Shown here piece by piece: positions 25,718 through 40,400 of a stretch of DNA of 64,000 nucleotides. This stretch comes from Azolla caroliniana (Eukaryota > Plantae > Polypodiophyta), in contig JBHGNT010000014.1 in assembly GCA_043228905.1 (NCBI GenBank), forward strand, positions 15,686,001 to 15,750,000. The letters run 5' to 3'. The position numbers were made by a program, and so were the translations under genes. The number at the start of each line of letters is the position of its first letter. The first letter of the stretch is position 1. The notes beneath the pieces are model-generated. The model was not told the origin of the DNA, searched no databases, and worked only from the letters and a program-made list of their open reading frames with translations.

Positions 25718-26370
25718 CCAAACCAAACTATTTAAAATTTATGAAGCCATTTAAACCAAACCGTTTAAAAAATAGGAGAAACCAAACCGTTTATGAAAAA
25801 TTTAGAACAAAACAAAACCGGTTAATCATAAATAAAAACCAAACCAAACCAAACCATTTTTTATTGATATTGATAATCATACTTATTATAAATCTCTGTG
25901 AGAAAATCATCATAACTTTGCTCATCATACATATCATAAATTTTATCATCATACTTATTATAAATTTGGTTATCATTCTTATCATAAATTTGATCATTAT
26001 ACTTATAATATTTGATTATCATAAATGAAAAGGAAACTCTACATATAATGCATATAAAATTTAATAAGTTAAAATTAGGGTTTAAAATTAAAAGTTGAAA
26101 GTTAGATCTTTTAGGGAAAATTTAGGCGTATTTTTTAACCTATAGGTCTATAAACCTTTAAACATAATCACATAAACAGAAACCGAGAAGTTGATAAACC
26201 GCTAAACCATGAAATTCAAAACCGAAACGAACCAAAACAAAAACTGAAACCAAAACGATTAGTAATATTTGAAACTAAACCAAATTATTTATTTATCTTC
26301 GAGCCTATAAATCGTTAAGCCACGATTTAACGGTACAGTTCGGTTTGAGCTGAAACCAAGCCCATTGCTA
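25718..26370. mobile_element. Partial hAT-like MITE (right end only)
   Basis: AAACCG/AAACCA repeats ending in CCCATTGCTA, similar to the TIR of the 17218 element. No left TIR or TSD found. Confidence 0.55.
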
Positions 26371-27249
26371 TCCACTACCCACGTTCCAAAGCACAATATA
26401 CCACAAGTAGAACCTAAGAACAAGACATGTGGTGCCGCAATACATTGGGGGATGAAAAACAATCTAGTTGGTCAGATGATGAAAAATTCTCTTCTACAAT
26501 ATGTTAAATATAGATCCTTGAAATACTATATCTACATCTGAGGCGGATATACTGTAGCTGCATTACTTATAAGTTATAACTCCTTCCTACATTAATGAAG
26601 TTGTTTCAACATTTCCATACATGAGTGGTGGTTTTGCCAGGAATCACCAAAAGGGAAGTAATTGAAAACTTCCTAGTAAACCCAATTCTTCAAAAATAGT
26701 GACATTGTTGGCACTACCAAGACATGTATGAAACAAGCACAAACAATCTCAATGGAAACTTTTTTCAATCCAGGTAAAGGATGTAAAGTTTTTTCGGTTT
26801 TTACCTTAAAGTATACAAGTTAACACTTTGAGTAATATATTCACATTTATTCAATTGATTCACTCAATATATTATATTATCAATTCCATGTATTCAAGTT
26901 AGCACTTTTAGTAACATATCCAGATTATTACTCTTAATTCACTCACTACTACCGATTCCATTAGTGGTTGATTATGTGTGATGCACCAAAACTGCCATAG
27001 TAGAAATTTCATTATTTGCAATTAATATTAACATTATAGCATTCTCCCATCTTCTTGTTGATGATTCAATGCAGCACATGAGGGGAGAAATATTTAGTAA
27101 GTCAATTACATTTTTTGATCAATGGGTAATTGATGGTCTTATCATTGAACAAGGGTTCTAAGTTTATTTGGTGGGGAAGGTGTAAGGTATGAAGGGGGCA
27201 ATAGAGTGTATTAGTATCTTTTTCGATTAGAATCAAAGTTATATTACTA

Positions 27250-30200
27250 TTAGTTTCTATTTTCCCAACACTCTCCATGAACCTCTTTGGTATGAATGAT
27301 CCTTGAGATGTAGTTCGAGAAGAGAAAACAATTTTGTAGATCTTGTAAATGATCCTACAAATACCAAAAAGTGAATTTCACAAGGCCTTGGTTTTCCTTG
27401 TGAGAGGTTGTCATTGCTTAACTTTCTCATGAATATGCAACACTTGATGCTCTTAAAAGTGGCTATTTGATACCCCCGTGACATTGAATCTTCTAGACAA
27501 AATAGAAACCTCAACACCAAATCTACACAATGCAAATAACAAGACAAATTTGGAGAGAGCAATCACCTCAATGATTTCCCATGTGATAAAGAGAAAAGTA
27601 TACGTGTCCCATGATATAATTAGGGCAAAGATGGGAGAAGCCCTAATAATCATTAAGACATTATTATGATCAATGACTAAAATCCAATAACTTTGAGAGT
27701 TGCTTTAACAAATCTGTGTTAGCTCAAGGTGTTATCACCAAGTGCACATCTTTGTACCTACAAAGCTATACCTTGACACTAGTATCATAAGTCGAGGGGT
27801 CTACATTGTCACATACCCAATTGATGATGAATTAGGCGGAAGTGCTTGTCAATAACTTTAGAGACTTTAACCTCACTTACCCCAACCTTGCAAACTCTCA
27901 TTCACCACACAAAGACAAAGCTAATTAAAATGTTATCTAATGCATTGCAAAGGCTTAAGTGTTAGACACATACACTTGAGTAAAGGAGATTATGAGAAAT
28001 GACTTCACCAGATTTTGACTAAAAAGAGGCCATCACAATACACACAAAAGGAAGAGTGATTAGGGTTTGGCTTGATAACACTTAACACTACTCACTCACA
28101 AGTATGAGAGATAAAGGGGAGAGTGAGCTCTGGCTTAGGTAAAAGGGACACTAAGAATCAAGGTCCAAAAAGAGGAACTAAACAAAAGTGACTTTTGTAG
28201 TTTTTTCACATTAGGGAAGCCATTAGAATTTAGGCCTAAAGCTCTAGAGCTGTTCCCCTTCCCTTGGTTCCACACTTGGTTATTAGTATCGCAAGAAATT
28301 TAATTAACATTAAGTTGAATTAAGGAGAAGAATAAGGAAGACAGGGTGCTAGTCCACCCGATCACCCCTTAATGAAGGTGAGATGGATATGATTCCCCCA
28401 TCGGTGTTCCATACCACTGAGTAAAAACATGGATCGTCCTTTGGGTTTGAAGAAGGAGCTTTGTCACACTATCGAAGTCTCTATCCAATATAATAAAGAT
28501 CCCCACCCTCATTCTGGTACCTAACCTTTTTATATAGGCTCAAATCCCAAGGCTTTGTCAGTTTCACACTTAGTTGTTAATTATATGAAAGGAGATCTAT
28601 AAGGGGGTTCGAAGAATCTTCACACGGCATCATGTCTTCCTTAATGTCGCTCGAGTAGCACACACACACATAGTTATGCAAAAACATGAAAGGTTCCTTT
28701 AGGATGAAGTGTTTATGGCATTATTACAGATTCAATTCTAGCACAAAATTTCCTAAAGTAACTACCATCAAGGCGCTTTCTTGAAGGTGTTCATATAGAT
28801 CAAATTTAATTTTAGTGAAGCTAAGAATGTTAACTTCATGAATACTACTCAATGCATCAACAATTGTGTTCATGGATCCTTTACAATATCGTGTAGTGAA
28901 ATCAAAATCCTGAATAAGATCTACCTATCATGCCTTATGATCCATTAGGTTTAGATGTATCTGGTAAGAGAAGTGAAGGAAATTGGCACTCACGTTCTTT
29001 GAATGTTCTGAGTGACTCATCTAGATAGTCATCCCAAGAAATTGATATTTTAGATTTGAATGTTTGGTGTTTTAAAAGGTTTGTAAACGGTGTCGTGATG
29101 TGGGAAATGCATAGGAAGACATAATTTAAACTATAACCTTTTAGTCACCAAATGTTCCATCCTCTCAGGTTCATGTTTTCGGTGGTCTCTCTCAGATTTC
29201 ACATGTATGTGCATGTTGGGAAACATGTCCCTCCCGATGGGAAGAGCGAGAGTCGAATCAGATGGAGTCAATGAGTAATTCAGTCAAGGCCGAAAATTGA
29301 AATTGAAATTGAAACCGGAATCGGGAGACCATATGTGTAAATTATCTAAATGTCCTCCTTGTGGGTTATGTATGTAAATAGCCAGAAAGTTGTATGAGTA
29401 TAAATACAACTAGGACAAACTTTATGTAAGTAGTGAGAATCATTACAGTGGTTGTATAGTTACACAGAAGGTAGTTGCCTCTATAATTGTGAGAGAGTAC
29501 CCCCCCTCTCCCTTTTAGTGATCTAGTTCGGAGTTTGAGGACTCCCGTTGTTTTTCCCTTTCGGGTTTTCCATGTTAAATATTGTGTCTATGCATTACCT
29601 TACTCGTTTTCTTGCACCCGATTTTATATACGCATACGAGAAATCGGTTGTGGCCGGTCATTATCCTAATAGTGCATAACGTTACGACAATGATGACATC
29701 AATTGGGAGTAATTGTGAATAGATTTGTGTAAGAAACCCCCAAAACTTAAAAATGAACATTGCTTTCAAACATGGTACTCAAAGTAGGCCAAAGTTTGAA
29801 TTTGTCAATTCGCGAGGATCGATTTTCACACCTTGTTTAGTGATCAAATGTCTAAGATAAGTAATCCATTTCTTGAAAAACTCACATTTCGATGTCTTGG
29901 TAGAAAATGGTTTGTCATGTAAAGTTTGGAAGACAAAATGAACATGTTTACCATGTTCATCTAAGGTATGGCTATAAATAAGAATATTATCCAAGAATAC
30001 AATGATAAATTGTCTAAGTTGGTCTCGAAACATATCATTCATTTCTTGTTGGAATATTACTAGAGCATTAGTCAAACCAAAAGGCATGACTAGGAACTCC
30101 TAGTGGCCATCACACGTACAAAATGTTGTTTTTGGATTTATTTTCAAAATTATGAATCTGGCAATAACCAGAATGATCTCCTTGCAAATGATCTATCAAA

Positions 30201-31150
30201 TCATCGAGGCAAGGGATACTTATTCCTGACAAAGACTTAATTCAATCAGTGATAGTTGATACATTGTGGCCAAGTTCCATGAGCCAATCTCATCATCTTC
30301 ACATTGATCAAGTCAATAAAGAGGAATACTAACAAGTGTAGTACTTGATATGAGATCGATATGATGATCAATATTACATTTAGGGGGTAATCCTTTTAGT
30401 AGTTCCTTAGGGAAAACATCCTGAAATTCTTTAAGACTGAATCAAGCACTTGTTGTGCATAATATGTTAAATCGATCCCTGTCACTTGATATATTATATA
30501 TTTGGAGATCATGGTCAGAGACACAACAATATGTTGTAGAACAAGAAGAGTCGAAAAAAGATACACTCAAAATAGTGGTGACAAACAAGGGTTTGACACA
30601 TGGAATAAAGTGTTTGAGAATCATTTAATAAAATGACATTGAATGTTTCACCCAATCACATGATAAAGAGGAATTCTTATAAAAAAACCATGGATAACCA
30701 AGTATTATATTAGTGGATCTAAGACTCATAAGTTAACATGAAAATCCCGTTCTTCCATATTGGTATCTATATAAAGTGCAATTGATAAATCATGTCATTA
30801 ATGTATAACACTCCATTTGCTAAATGTATAAGTTGTAAGTATGAAGTCCCAACATCTAAACCAAATGATCATCGATGAAATTATGTTAGATACCAGAATT
30901 GAACAAAAAATCTATTGAAGACCCTTTGATAAGTCCATTAGCACGAAGCACATTATTAGGTCCTAGTACATGTTGTGGAAAAGAACTGGCAAAATTACTT
31001 AGATATTGACCATGAACCTCAAGAATATCAACTAATTGACATTTGCGGTCACCATGATTCTTTCCCTTTAATCAAACTCCTTTTGTTGGTGCTTTCGACA
31101 TTACCTCTTTGTATTCCCCTTCTTTTTGCAATAACTATCATCAACATGTA
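27250..31150 (-). mobile_element. Degraded Ty3/gypsy pol (PR-RT-INT remnants)
   Basis: MPFGLTNA...IIVFLDNILIYS in ORF 29779-30087, with decayed flanks. Boundaries are approximate. Confidence 0.7.
29214..29671 (+). mobile_element. Solo LTR (458 bp) related to the 20790 LTR
   Basis: Starts TGTTGGG and ends CCTAATA (TA rather than CA). TSD GTGCA on both sides. Terminal sequence matches the reverse complement of ~21850-21888. Confidence 0.85.
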
Positions 31151-31295
31151 CCAAAACTCTAAGACTCATAATAAAGATTTGAACCCATGACCTCCTCAAA
31201 GATGATGTATAGCTTCCACCACTAGGACACATTATATTAGATTTATTAAACTGTAAATTCTTATATTAGATCAGGAAGAAACATATATAATAGTA

Positions 31296-34200
31296 TGAAA
31301 CGTTGCCACCGCATAGGCTAACACATGATTACCAAGTGTCATGCTTGCATGAATGCCAAGTGGCATGCTTGCATAAATGACAAATGATGAGCATGCGTGC
31401 CTATGAGGTGGCGAGCATGCAAGTATCCAAAGCATGCTATATAAACATATATCGAACTATTGATGAACCATTCCGGTTCAACGTCAGTCTTCGGCATACT
31501 CTTGTAACGCTTGTTCTTATTGCTACTTCTCATTCTTTTCTTCATTTTAAACTTGTCTTTGGCTACGGCCCTAACAGTTTGAACCGGAATCCTCTAACCT
31601 TCTTCATTGTAATCTTTTTTTTTCCAAGGAACCTCTCATCCTATCTTCTCATAGCCATGGCAACAGTAAATGAACAAGAATATATGAGCGTTCTAGGTGA
31701 TCTTGAACGCTTGAGCACCAAGTTCATGGCCTCGGAGCAAGAGAATCAAAGGCTGCTCGGGGATTTACAACAACTGAATGTCGAGAAAGCTAAACAACAT
31801 GAGGAATTAATTCAAAGGGTTCACCAACTTGAAGCAACATTAATAACATTGCGACAACAAGCATTACAACCACCAAATTTGACAAAAGAACCCAAGCTAA
31901 GTTTCCCATCGAAGTTTGATGGTACTCGATCACAATTTTGGGGATTTCCAAATCAGGTACGTCTAGTATTTCAAATGAATCCCACTCGATATTCAACAGA
32001 TTCGACACAAGTAGGGTTGGTCGGAACTCTATTGACTGGTACAACATTGGCTTGGTTTGCACCATTACTCGAGAAAAAGTGCCTATTTTGGACAATTTTG
32101 ATGAGTTTATTAAAGAGTTCCAAGCTTGTTTTGGAGATACCGATAACATCAAGATTCAGAACAACTATTAATAAGATTCAAAGGTTACAACAAGGGAATC
32201 GCCCAACCTTAGCCTATGCGGCCGATTTTCGCCTTCTTGCATGTGACATTCCTTGGGACGAAGAGGCATTGATGGATCAATTTCGAAAAGGACTTTGTAA
32301 TGATATGAAAGACTTGCTTCTCACTTTTCATGAAGATCCAAAATCTCTTATTGAGGCGATTAGTTGAGCTGTACGATGTGAGAATCGATTATTCGAGCGA
32401 CGCTCAAAGCATCAACAATGGTCTCGATCTCGATCAAAGCAGACATATGCATCAACAACATCACTACCTACATTTGGAACTATGCAAGTCCTTATTTCTA
32501 GCCCAATAAGTGGCCCTACTCCAATGGAAATTGATTCTACACATCATCGAGGACCATTAAAAGAAGCTGAAAAGCAGAGACGTTGGGCGAATCACATATG
32601 TTTATATTGTGGTGGTCCAGGACATATAGCAATAAATTGGCCTCATCGACCTAGGCGTCAAGTTTACCAAGTAAGTGCTAGTAGTAAATTGGATCTTGAT
32701 TCTCCAAATACATCTGGCAATCCTAGTAGCCCTACACCTTCAAATCATTTTGAAGTACTTTGCCAACTCGATGAAGTGTTAAACGAGTAAATCTAGCCAA
32801 AATAGGAGCCATTTGGTTGGATAACCCAGAATTTGTAGAGTCAGTCCATAGTAATGGTTCCATTTCATCGAACCAAGTTAATAGGGTTTTTGGGGCACAA
32901 GTTGAGCTTAGTACCTCTAGATGTCATCGGGTCTTCGGATATGCTCTCTTAGATTCAGGATCCAACTCTTGTTTCATGGACCACAATTTTGCCTTGACAC
33001 ATAGTATCTTATTAAAACCATTGCATTGTCCAGTATCTATCATAGTTATAGATGGTCGACCCATCGCCTCTGGAGATATAACTAAACAGTCTGAATCAGT
33101 TCGTGTAGTTCTTTGTGATTTAGCGTGTATCATCTCATTCATTATCATACATAGTCTTGACCATCCGATTGTCCTGGGTCTACCTTGGTTTGAAGCTTCA
33201 CAACCCCCAAATTGACTGGAGGAAACGAGTTATCCAAGAATCCAAGAAAAACCATATATCAAATTTCCCTATTGCTTATAACCCAAATTTAGAATGCCAT
33301 TAGATCTCAACAATATCTTTGGAAAAATTACGTAAAGAGGGAGAGAAAGAAGAAATGTTTATATTTGCGATAATAACAATGCCAACACCAACTCAACAAA
33401 AATCGAGTACCTTACTTCCAACCAAGTATCAAGAATTCCAAGATGTCTTTAATAAGGACAAAGCTACTAGACTCCTAGAACATCGACCTTACGATTGTCC
33501 TATTGTTCCAACTAGGAAAAGATTCACCGTGGGGACCAATTTATAGTTTATCACTTGCAGAGCTAAAGGTTCTTCGCGACTATATCGATGAAAATTTAGC
33601 TACTGCATTTATTCATCATTCCAAATCTCTTGCTGGCGCACCAATATTTTTTGTCAAGAAGAAGGATGGATCGCTTCGTTTGGTCGTAGATTATCGAGGA
33701 TTAAACAAAATCACAATTCGAAACAGGTATGCCTTACCTTTAATACCAACACTTTTGGAGTGGTTGAGTGGAGCCAAATACTTTACAAAGATCAATCTTA
33801 GAGGTGATTATAATCTATTTCGAATTCGTCTGGGTGATGAATGGAAAACTGCATTCCGCACTCGATATGAGCATTTTGAGTATACAGTTATGCCTTTCGG
33901 TCTCACAAATGCTCCTGCGGTTTTTCAGCATATGGCCAATGATATTTTCCGAGACTTCTTGGATATATTCACCATCATTTATTTGGATGATATCTTGATA
34001 TTTTTCAAGATTCAAGAAGAGCATGATGAGCATTTACGTCAAGTTCTACGACGATTACAAGAATATGGTCTCTATGCTAAACTTGAGAAATGTAGTTTTG
34101 ATCGCAACCAAGTGGAATTCCTAGGGTACCTAGTATCACTAGAAGGAATATCTATGGATCTAGCAAATGTGCAAACAATTCTAGAGTGGGAAATACCACA

Positions 34201-34479
34201 ATCTGTGCGTGATGTCTAGTGTTTCTTGGGATTTGCAAATTTTTACCGCAAATTCATCAGGAACTACTCAAAGAAGGTTTTGCCTCTTACACAATTAACA
34301 CATAAAAACCAACCATTCATATGGAATTCTAGTGTGGTTGAGGCATTCCAAAGCTTAAAACCTGCGTTCACATAAGCTCCTATTTTGATCCATGTTGACC
34401 AAGACAAGCCTTTTATTTTGGAAGATGATGAATCAGATTTTGCACTCGGGAGTGTCCTATCAAAACCCAAAGAAAACGA
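31296..34479 (+). mobile_element. Ty3/gypsy element of the self-priming Tf1/Tcn1 type (5' LTR, gag, PR, RT, start of RH), 3'-truncated
   Basis: LTR ends CTAACA at 31576; its start is approximate. Gag PSKFDG and CLYCGGPGH, protease [18 protein letters not shown] and YLDD. Contains stops and frameshifts. Confidence 0.9.
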
Positions 34480-37400
34480 TGTCGTGAAGAAAACCAGCCG
34501 TAGGCGGAATTGGAGAAAAAGGGGCATGAACCGGCTCTTACGTGGGTGGACGCGAGAATTGATATTTTGTACATAATTCATAATTAGGTCGGCTGATGTA
34601 AATACTAGGTAGTACACATTTATTAGGGGATTTGTGCGTATCTCTGTCGAAAGGGTCAGGGAATAAAGTGATTGGACTAGGGAAGAAGGGTCTCCCCTTG
34701 GCGAACTATTTAAGGAGGGAGAGAAGGAAGAAAAGGCATCGCACGTTGGCGAGGACGAAGTGCTGCTGCAGAACCGAGGGCCGAGCTCTCTCCTCCGATC
34801 GTCGTTCTATGTGGGTGTCGGGAGTTCGCTGCCTCTGCTTCGTGGACAACCCGTGTGCTTCCAGCAGAGGCTCTCCCCCCCCCCCTCCCTTTTTTTTTTT
34901 GTTTCTTCGAGTCGAGTAGGACCCCCTGTCAGGTCCATTACCGGTTTGCCGATTGTAACAGTTCGAGTTGTAAGCTACTGATTATAGTAATCGGATTCCT
35001 GTTTCTTGCTCTTATTTTGTTTCTATATATCTGCAACTCTCTCTCTCTCTCTCACTCTCTCCTTGGTCCAAGACCCCCGTGGTCCCGCCTCTTCCTACAC
35101 GCGAACGCGAAACTTCGCGACATAATTGGTGAACCCGACGTGAACAGGCGGCAAAGGAGTCGGAAGATGAGGGGATCGGAGCTAGCAGAGGCAATGATGG
35201 TAGCCGTTGACCGGCTGGTGAGCGCTCGCGAGGGGACGGGTACCCTTGATAGAGCCATTGAATCTATCGTCGGCAGCATAGGCCGATTCGGTGGGAAGAA
35301 TCCCACGAGTTATTTGGAGGCTTACCGGGCCGAAATGATCATGAGGGATATCCCGGTGGACAGGCGGCTGTCCGGATTCCCTCGGGTGGTGACACCGAGC
35401 ATCCATGCGAAGGTGCTCGAGGTGCTGGCCGGATGCTAGACTTGGGAGGAGTTCGAGCTGCAGCTCCTCGAGAAGTACGGGTATTGATGACTCGCTTCGG
35501 CTGTCGAGGCGGGACTTCGTGGCGTGGGTGGAAAGCCCCTGAAAAGGGAGGAACACGTCGGCGCTCCTCCAGGAGTTCGAAAAACGATTCGTGCGGCTGT
35601 CGACGCTGGACCGGACCGTGCTCGAAACGAGTCGAGTACTACTGTTTGTCAAGTCGGTGCACGCGCTCGATAGGGGAAAGGTGGGTCCCCTATTGGAGAC
35701 GGACGAAGGGTTCACGACAGACTAGGCCGTGGTAAAACAGGTCTGCAGCCGTTTCCACAAACGGCGCGAGTGGAGCGACGAAAGCTCGTCAGAGTCGGGA
35801 CCGGTCCAGGCGAGGAGGCTCGAGGAGCTGGTATCGGTGCTAGCCGGTAGGAAGGAAGAGACCTGAATTTGGCTGTAGTTGGGGTCAGCATCGAACGACG
35901 TGGTCAAAGGCCCATCCGGAGGAGCGGCTCTGGAGGAGCTGACACAGATGGTGTGCAACCTGCAGATCGCACAGGGCCGGAGAGACAGTGGCGAACAACC
36001 TCGTGACCGGAGGCCGCCGGCTGGGCAGCGGTGCATGTGGTGTGACGCGATTGGTCACATTCAGAAGGATTGCGCGGATTTCGCCGACTCTCTCAGGACC
36101 AACGTGGTGTACCTCTAGAACGGGCGGGTGCACGAGAGCGAGACCTGGAGAGCCCTAGAACTGAATACGGGGCGTGGCGGAATGAAGAGGTTGATGGAAG
36201 AGGCCGCGGCACGACATGTAGAAGCTGTTAACTACTCAACGTCGGCGGGAATTCGGGTTGGGGGTGATGAGACCCTGAAGGCGAAGGACTCCGGATTCTG
36301 GCCGCTAGTGCTAGAAGGCCTCTCCGGAGTTCGGCTGAAGAAGGAAGAGGCGGACCGCGCGGAACAACGGGTCCAGGAGGTCACCGGATGGGACGATCCG
36401 ATCGAAGAGAAAACGGGCTTCGTAGAAGCCGCTTGCCAGAACTACGAGGTTCTGGTGGAAGAAAAACGGATAGGAAAGGCCAGAGCGGTCGGTCCCCCGT
36501 AGAGGTACGAGACTCGGTTCGGACCTAAACCGACTGGTGCCGGCAACCCAGGCGCGCCGGATGGGAAGAAGCAGGCGGGGTTTCAATTGAGCACCGAAAT
36601 CGATACAACAACAGACCTATGGAAGGTCCTTGAAGAGCGGATCCTCGACAGTAAAGTGGAGCTGTCGTTGTGGGAGGTGCTGGGAATCGCCAAGAGGGAG
36701 TTTCATGACTCCATCGTAGACCTGGTGAAGCGGAAGAGGCTCTCGATGGAGCCAGAACTGGAGAAGCCCGTGGAGATGCGGACTACGCACTTAGAAGACA
36801 CGGCCCTAGAAGACGAGTTGGTGGAAAGCCACTACGTGAAGCCGCATTGGGCCAGGGCAACTACGAAAACCCCTATGCGGATCGACGACGTTCCGGAATC
36901 GGTGGTGGCCTTGGTAGACCATGGATTCGAAATCAACCTGATGTCCATGGATTTCTACAAGAAGGGTAAATGGCCGATCAACACCAAGCATGGGTGGAAG
37001 ATACGCGCGGCGACGCGTGGTACGGAGGAGCTGCATGGTGCGTGCCCGAATATACGCGTAACGGTCGGTGACGTCAAGATAGATGAACATTTCTTCGTGC
37101 AGGAAACATCCTCACACCCGGTGATTCTCAGCGAACCGTACATTACGGCAACACGCATGGAGACGAAGGTGCTGGACAACGGTTCGGCGCGCGTCAAGAG
37201 CCAAGACGGTCGGCATTCCGTCCAATTCATGACCGTACGTCCGAACCATGAGAGGAATCGCGAGACCCTCGTCGGCGACAACCGAGGGGATTTTTAGAGA
37301 GGGCTATCAAGGCGTGGGGCCGCGGTAGTCTAGACGTACCGGAAGAACCCCACACATGTACAGTAGGTAGGAAGTTTTGGTTCTTCGAAAATGAAGGTTC

Positions 37401-40400
37401 TACTATAGCCGGCATCAGCGGCCGGGAGAGGAAGTGAGCGGAGGTGCGGCTCAGGGGATGCGGAGTCCTCTCCCCCAACGAAGAAATCAGCGGCGCCGTG
37501 GAGGTGGTCTCTTTTGACGACACCTTGGGCGAGTTGCAAAAGGTGATCGGTGAAGACCAGACCGTTTTGGTTAGTTCGATGGGAATGTTCGAAGTCATCG
37601 CGGACTTTGGGGAAAGGATCGGGTCGGATTGGACGGCCAGCGTGGATACAAAGTACAAGACTGTGGACCGGAAGGTGAGGCTGGTCGCGGCACCCTTGCC
37701 GGAGGGCAGCGAGGAGTGGATAAAAGGGGGCGCGTCCAATCCGGCTGGCATAGGGCACCGGTTCACCGACATAACGATACGGGAGCTCAAGGTCGGTGGG
37801 GGTGGCTTTCTACTGCCGGCGGAGGAGGACAGGTTTCGGAGAATGCTCAGAAGGCATGGGAAAGCCTTCGCGTTCTCGCCAGAGGAGATTGGGTGCGTGG
37901 ACCCAACGATCGTCGAACCGATGGTGATCTTCACGGTACCGCATCTACCATGGAATCTCAAACCGATTACGGTGCCAAGAGCTCACATCCCGAAGTTGAT
38001 TGAGCTTTTGAAGCAAAAGGTGGAGATGGGCATCCTCGAACCGTCGAGTGCCCCATATTCGAATCGGTGGTTTACGGTGCCGAAGAAGAAAGGCACGCTA
38101 CGCTTCATTCAGGACTTGCAACCAATCAACAGGGTGACCATCCGTAATGCAGAAATCGGACCGACCATAGACGAGTTCACGGAGGCCTTCGCTGGAAGGT
38201 CAATCTATTCGGTCGGTGACTTATACTCGGGGTACGACCAGTTCCAGCTAGCCGTGGAGAGCAGGGATATCACAACGATGCGAACTCCTCTCGGCCTAGT
38301 ACGGATGTGTACCCTACCACAAGGCGGCACGAATTCGGTGGCACATATGGTGAACGCAATGAACAAGGTGCAGAGGGACTGCATCCCGGACATCACCATG
38401 CCATTCTTGGACGACATCCTGATAAGGGGGTGTCCGGTGGAAGATGCGGACGAGACTGTCGGGCCAGACGGATGCCGGAGGTTCATCGTGAACCACATCA
38501 ACGATTGCGAGAAGGTGCTGCAGAGGCTCGAGAGCGCACGACTCACCTTCTCCGGAGTAAAATCGGCGTTCGGGCAGTCGGAGATCCTGGTGGTCGGACA
38601 CCTGTGCGGGCCTTACGGTAGGAAACCGTCTCCGGCAAAGGTAGAGGCCATCTCCGCGATGAGGAACGATTGCGGGTCAGTTACGGAGGTCCGCAGATTC
38701 TTGGGTGCATGCGCGTTCTATCACATCTGAACCCCGCACTACGCACATGTCGCGGAACCCCTCTATGGACTATTGAAAAGGGCGTAGCTTTGAGTGGAGG
38801 ATGGAGCACAAGGAGTCGGTCCGGAGACTAAAGGAGGCGCTTACGGTAGCACCAGCTCTCTGTAAAACGTCTTACGACAAGGGAGTCCCCATCTACGTGA
38901 CGGTGGACACGAGCCCGACCGGGATCGGGTGGGTGATCAATCAGGAGGACGAGGATGGCACACGGTTCCCGATCCGGTTCGGGGCGAAGGTGTTGAGCGA
39001 GCGGAAACGAGGATATGCCCAAGTCAAGCGCGAACTATGGGGTATCGTTTCGGCAGTCAAGGCGGACAGGGACTACCTGATTGGGATGGAGGTAACGATT
39101 GAGACGGACTGCCTGCCGATACTCGGCATGGTTTTCGGATGCGCAACACTGGACCTAGCAATGCTCCGGTGGATAGCGTACATTAAGTCCCTGAACTGGC
39201 ACATCTCTGAAAAGGATAACGCCATGGTCGACATGCTTTCGAGAACGAGGTTCAACGATGAAGACAACATGGTTTTGGATGACGAAGAAGTCAGCAAGGA
39301 CTTCTTTGGGTCGGCTAACGTGACGACGAGGAAAGGGGACACTCCGGCGCTTAACGAATTCGACGAAAGTAGGTACGGCGGGGAGTGCCTCCAAATCGGG
39401 AGGTTCCTACGGGCGATGACGCCGGACGAAGCGTGGACGAGAGAAGAGGCGAGCCGGGTGTGGAAGAAGGCATACCGATTCTTCCTACGGGACGGGTGCA
39501 TCTGGAGGCACCCGAAGAAAAGAAACAGCATCCCGCTTCGGGTAGTGGCAAAGAAAGAAGAACAGGAGGAATTACTGGCGGCATTTCACGAGAGTCCCTG
39601 GGCCGGGCACTGCGGAACATGGGCCACATTCGAGAAGCTGAAGGAGAAGTACTGGTGATCGGGGTTGTACCGGGATGTGCATCGGTTCGTAACGACTTGC
39701 GAAAGCTATCAAATGCACTCCGTAGTCCGACATCAGGACAACCTACAACCGACCTACCCGCCTATGGTCCATTTCAAGTGGATGGTGGACTTGGTGACGA
39801 TGCCGATGGGAGTAGGATAGATGCGATAGGCGGATCAAAGCGTTCAAGAAACGGGAAGCGGATCAAAGCGTATCAAGAAGCGGTTCGAAGATGAGCGGGA
39901 GCCGGCGAGTGAGAGCAACGACGACGATCGGTTCGGGCCCGACGAAGAATCGGAGAGCGACGAGTGAAGCCGGTTTTCTTCGGTACCTAACTGTCTCACG
40001 CGCATGCCGGTGGATGTGCGGTTTGGTGGGGGTGGATGTCATGAAGAAAACCGGCCGTAGGAGGAATTAAAGAAAAAGGGGCATGAACCGGCTCTTACAT
40101 GGGTGGACGCGAGAATTGATATTTGTACATAATTCATAATTAGGTTGGCTGATGTAAATACTAGGTAGTACAAATTTATTAGGGGATTTGTGCGTATCTC
40201 TATCGAAAGGGTCATGGTATAAAGCGATTGGACTAGGGAAGAAGGGTCTCCCCTTGGCGAACTATTTAAGGAGGGAGAGAAGGAAGAAAAGGCATCGCAC
40301 GTTGGCGAGGACGAAGTGCTGCTGCAGAACCGAGGGCCGAGCTCTCTCTCCTCTGATCGTCGTTCTTTGTGGGTGTTGGGAGTTTGTTGGCTCTGCTTCG

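Noticed and set aside
31384-32790. Domesticated PEG10/RTL-like gag gene
   Set aside because: Has an LTR, a PBS and downstream pol, plus frameshifts and stops, so it is an ordinary decayed retrotransposon.
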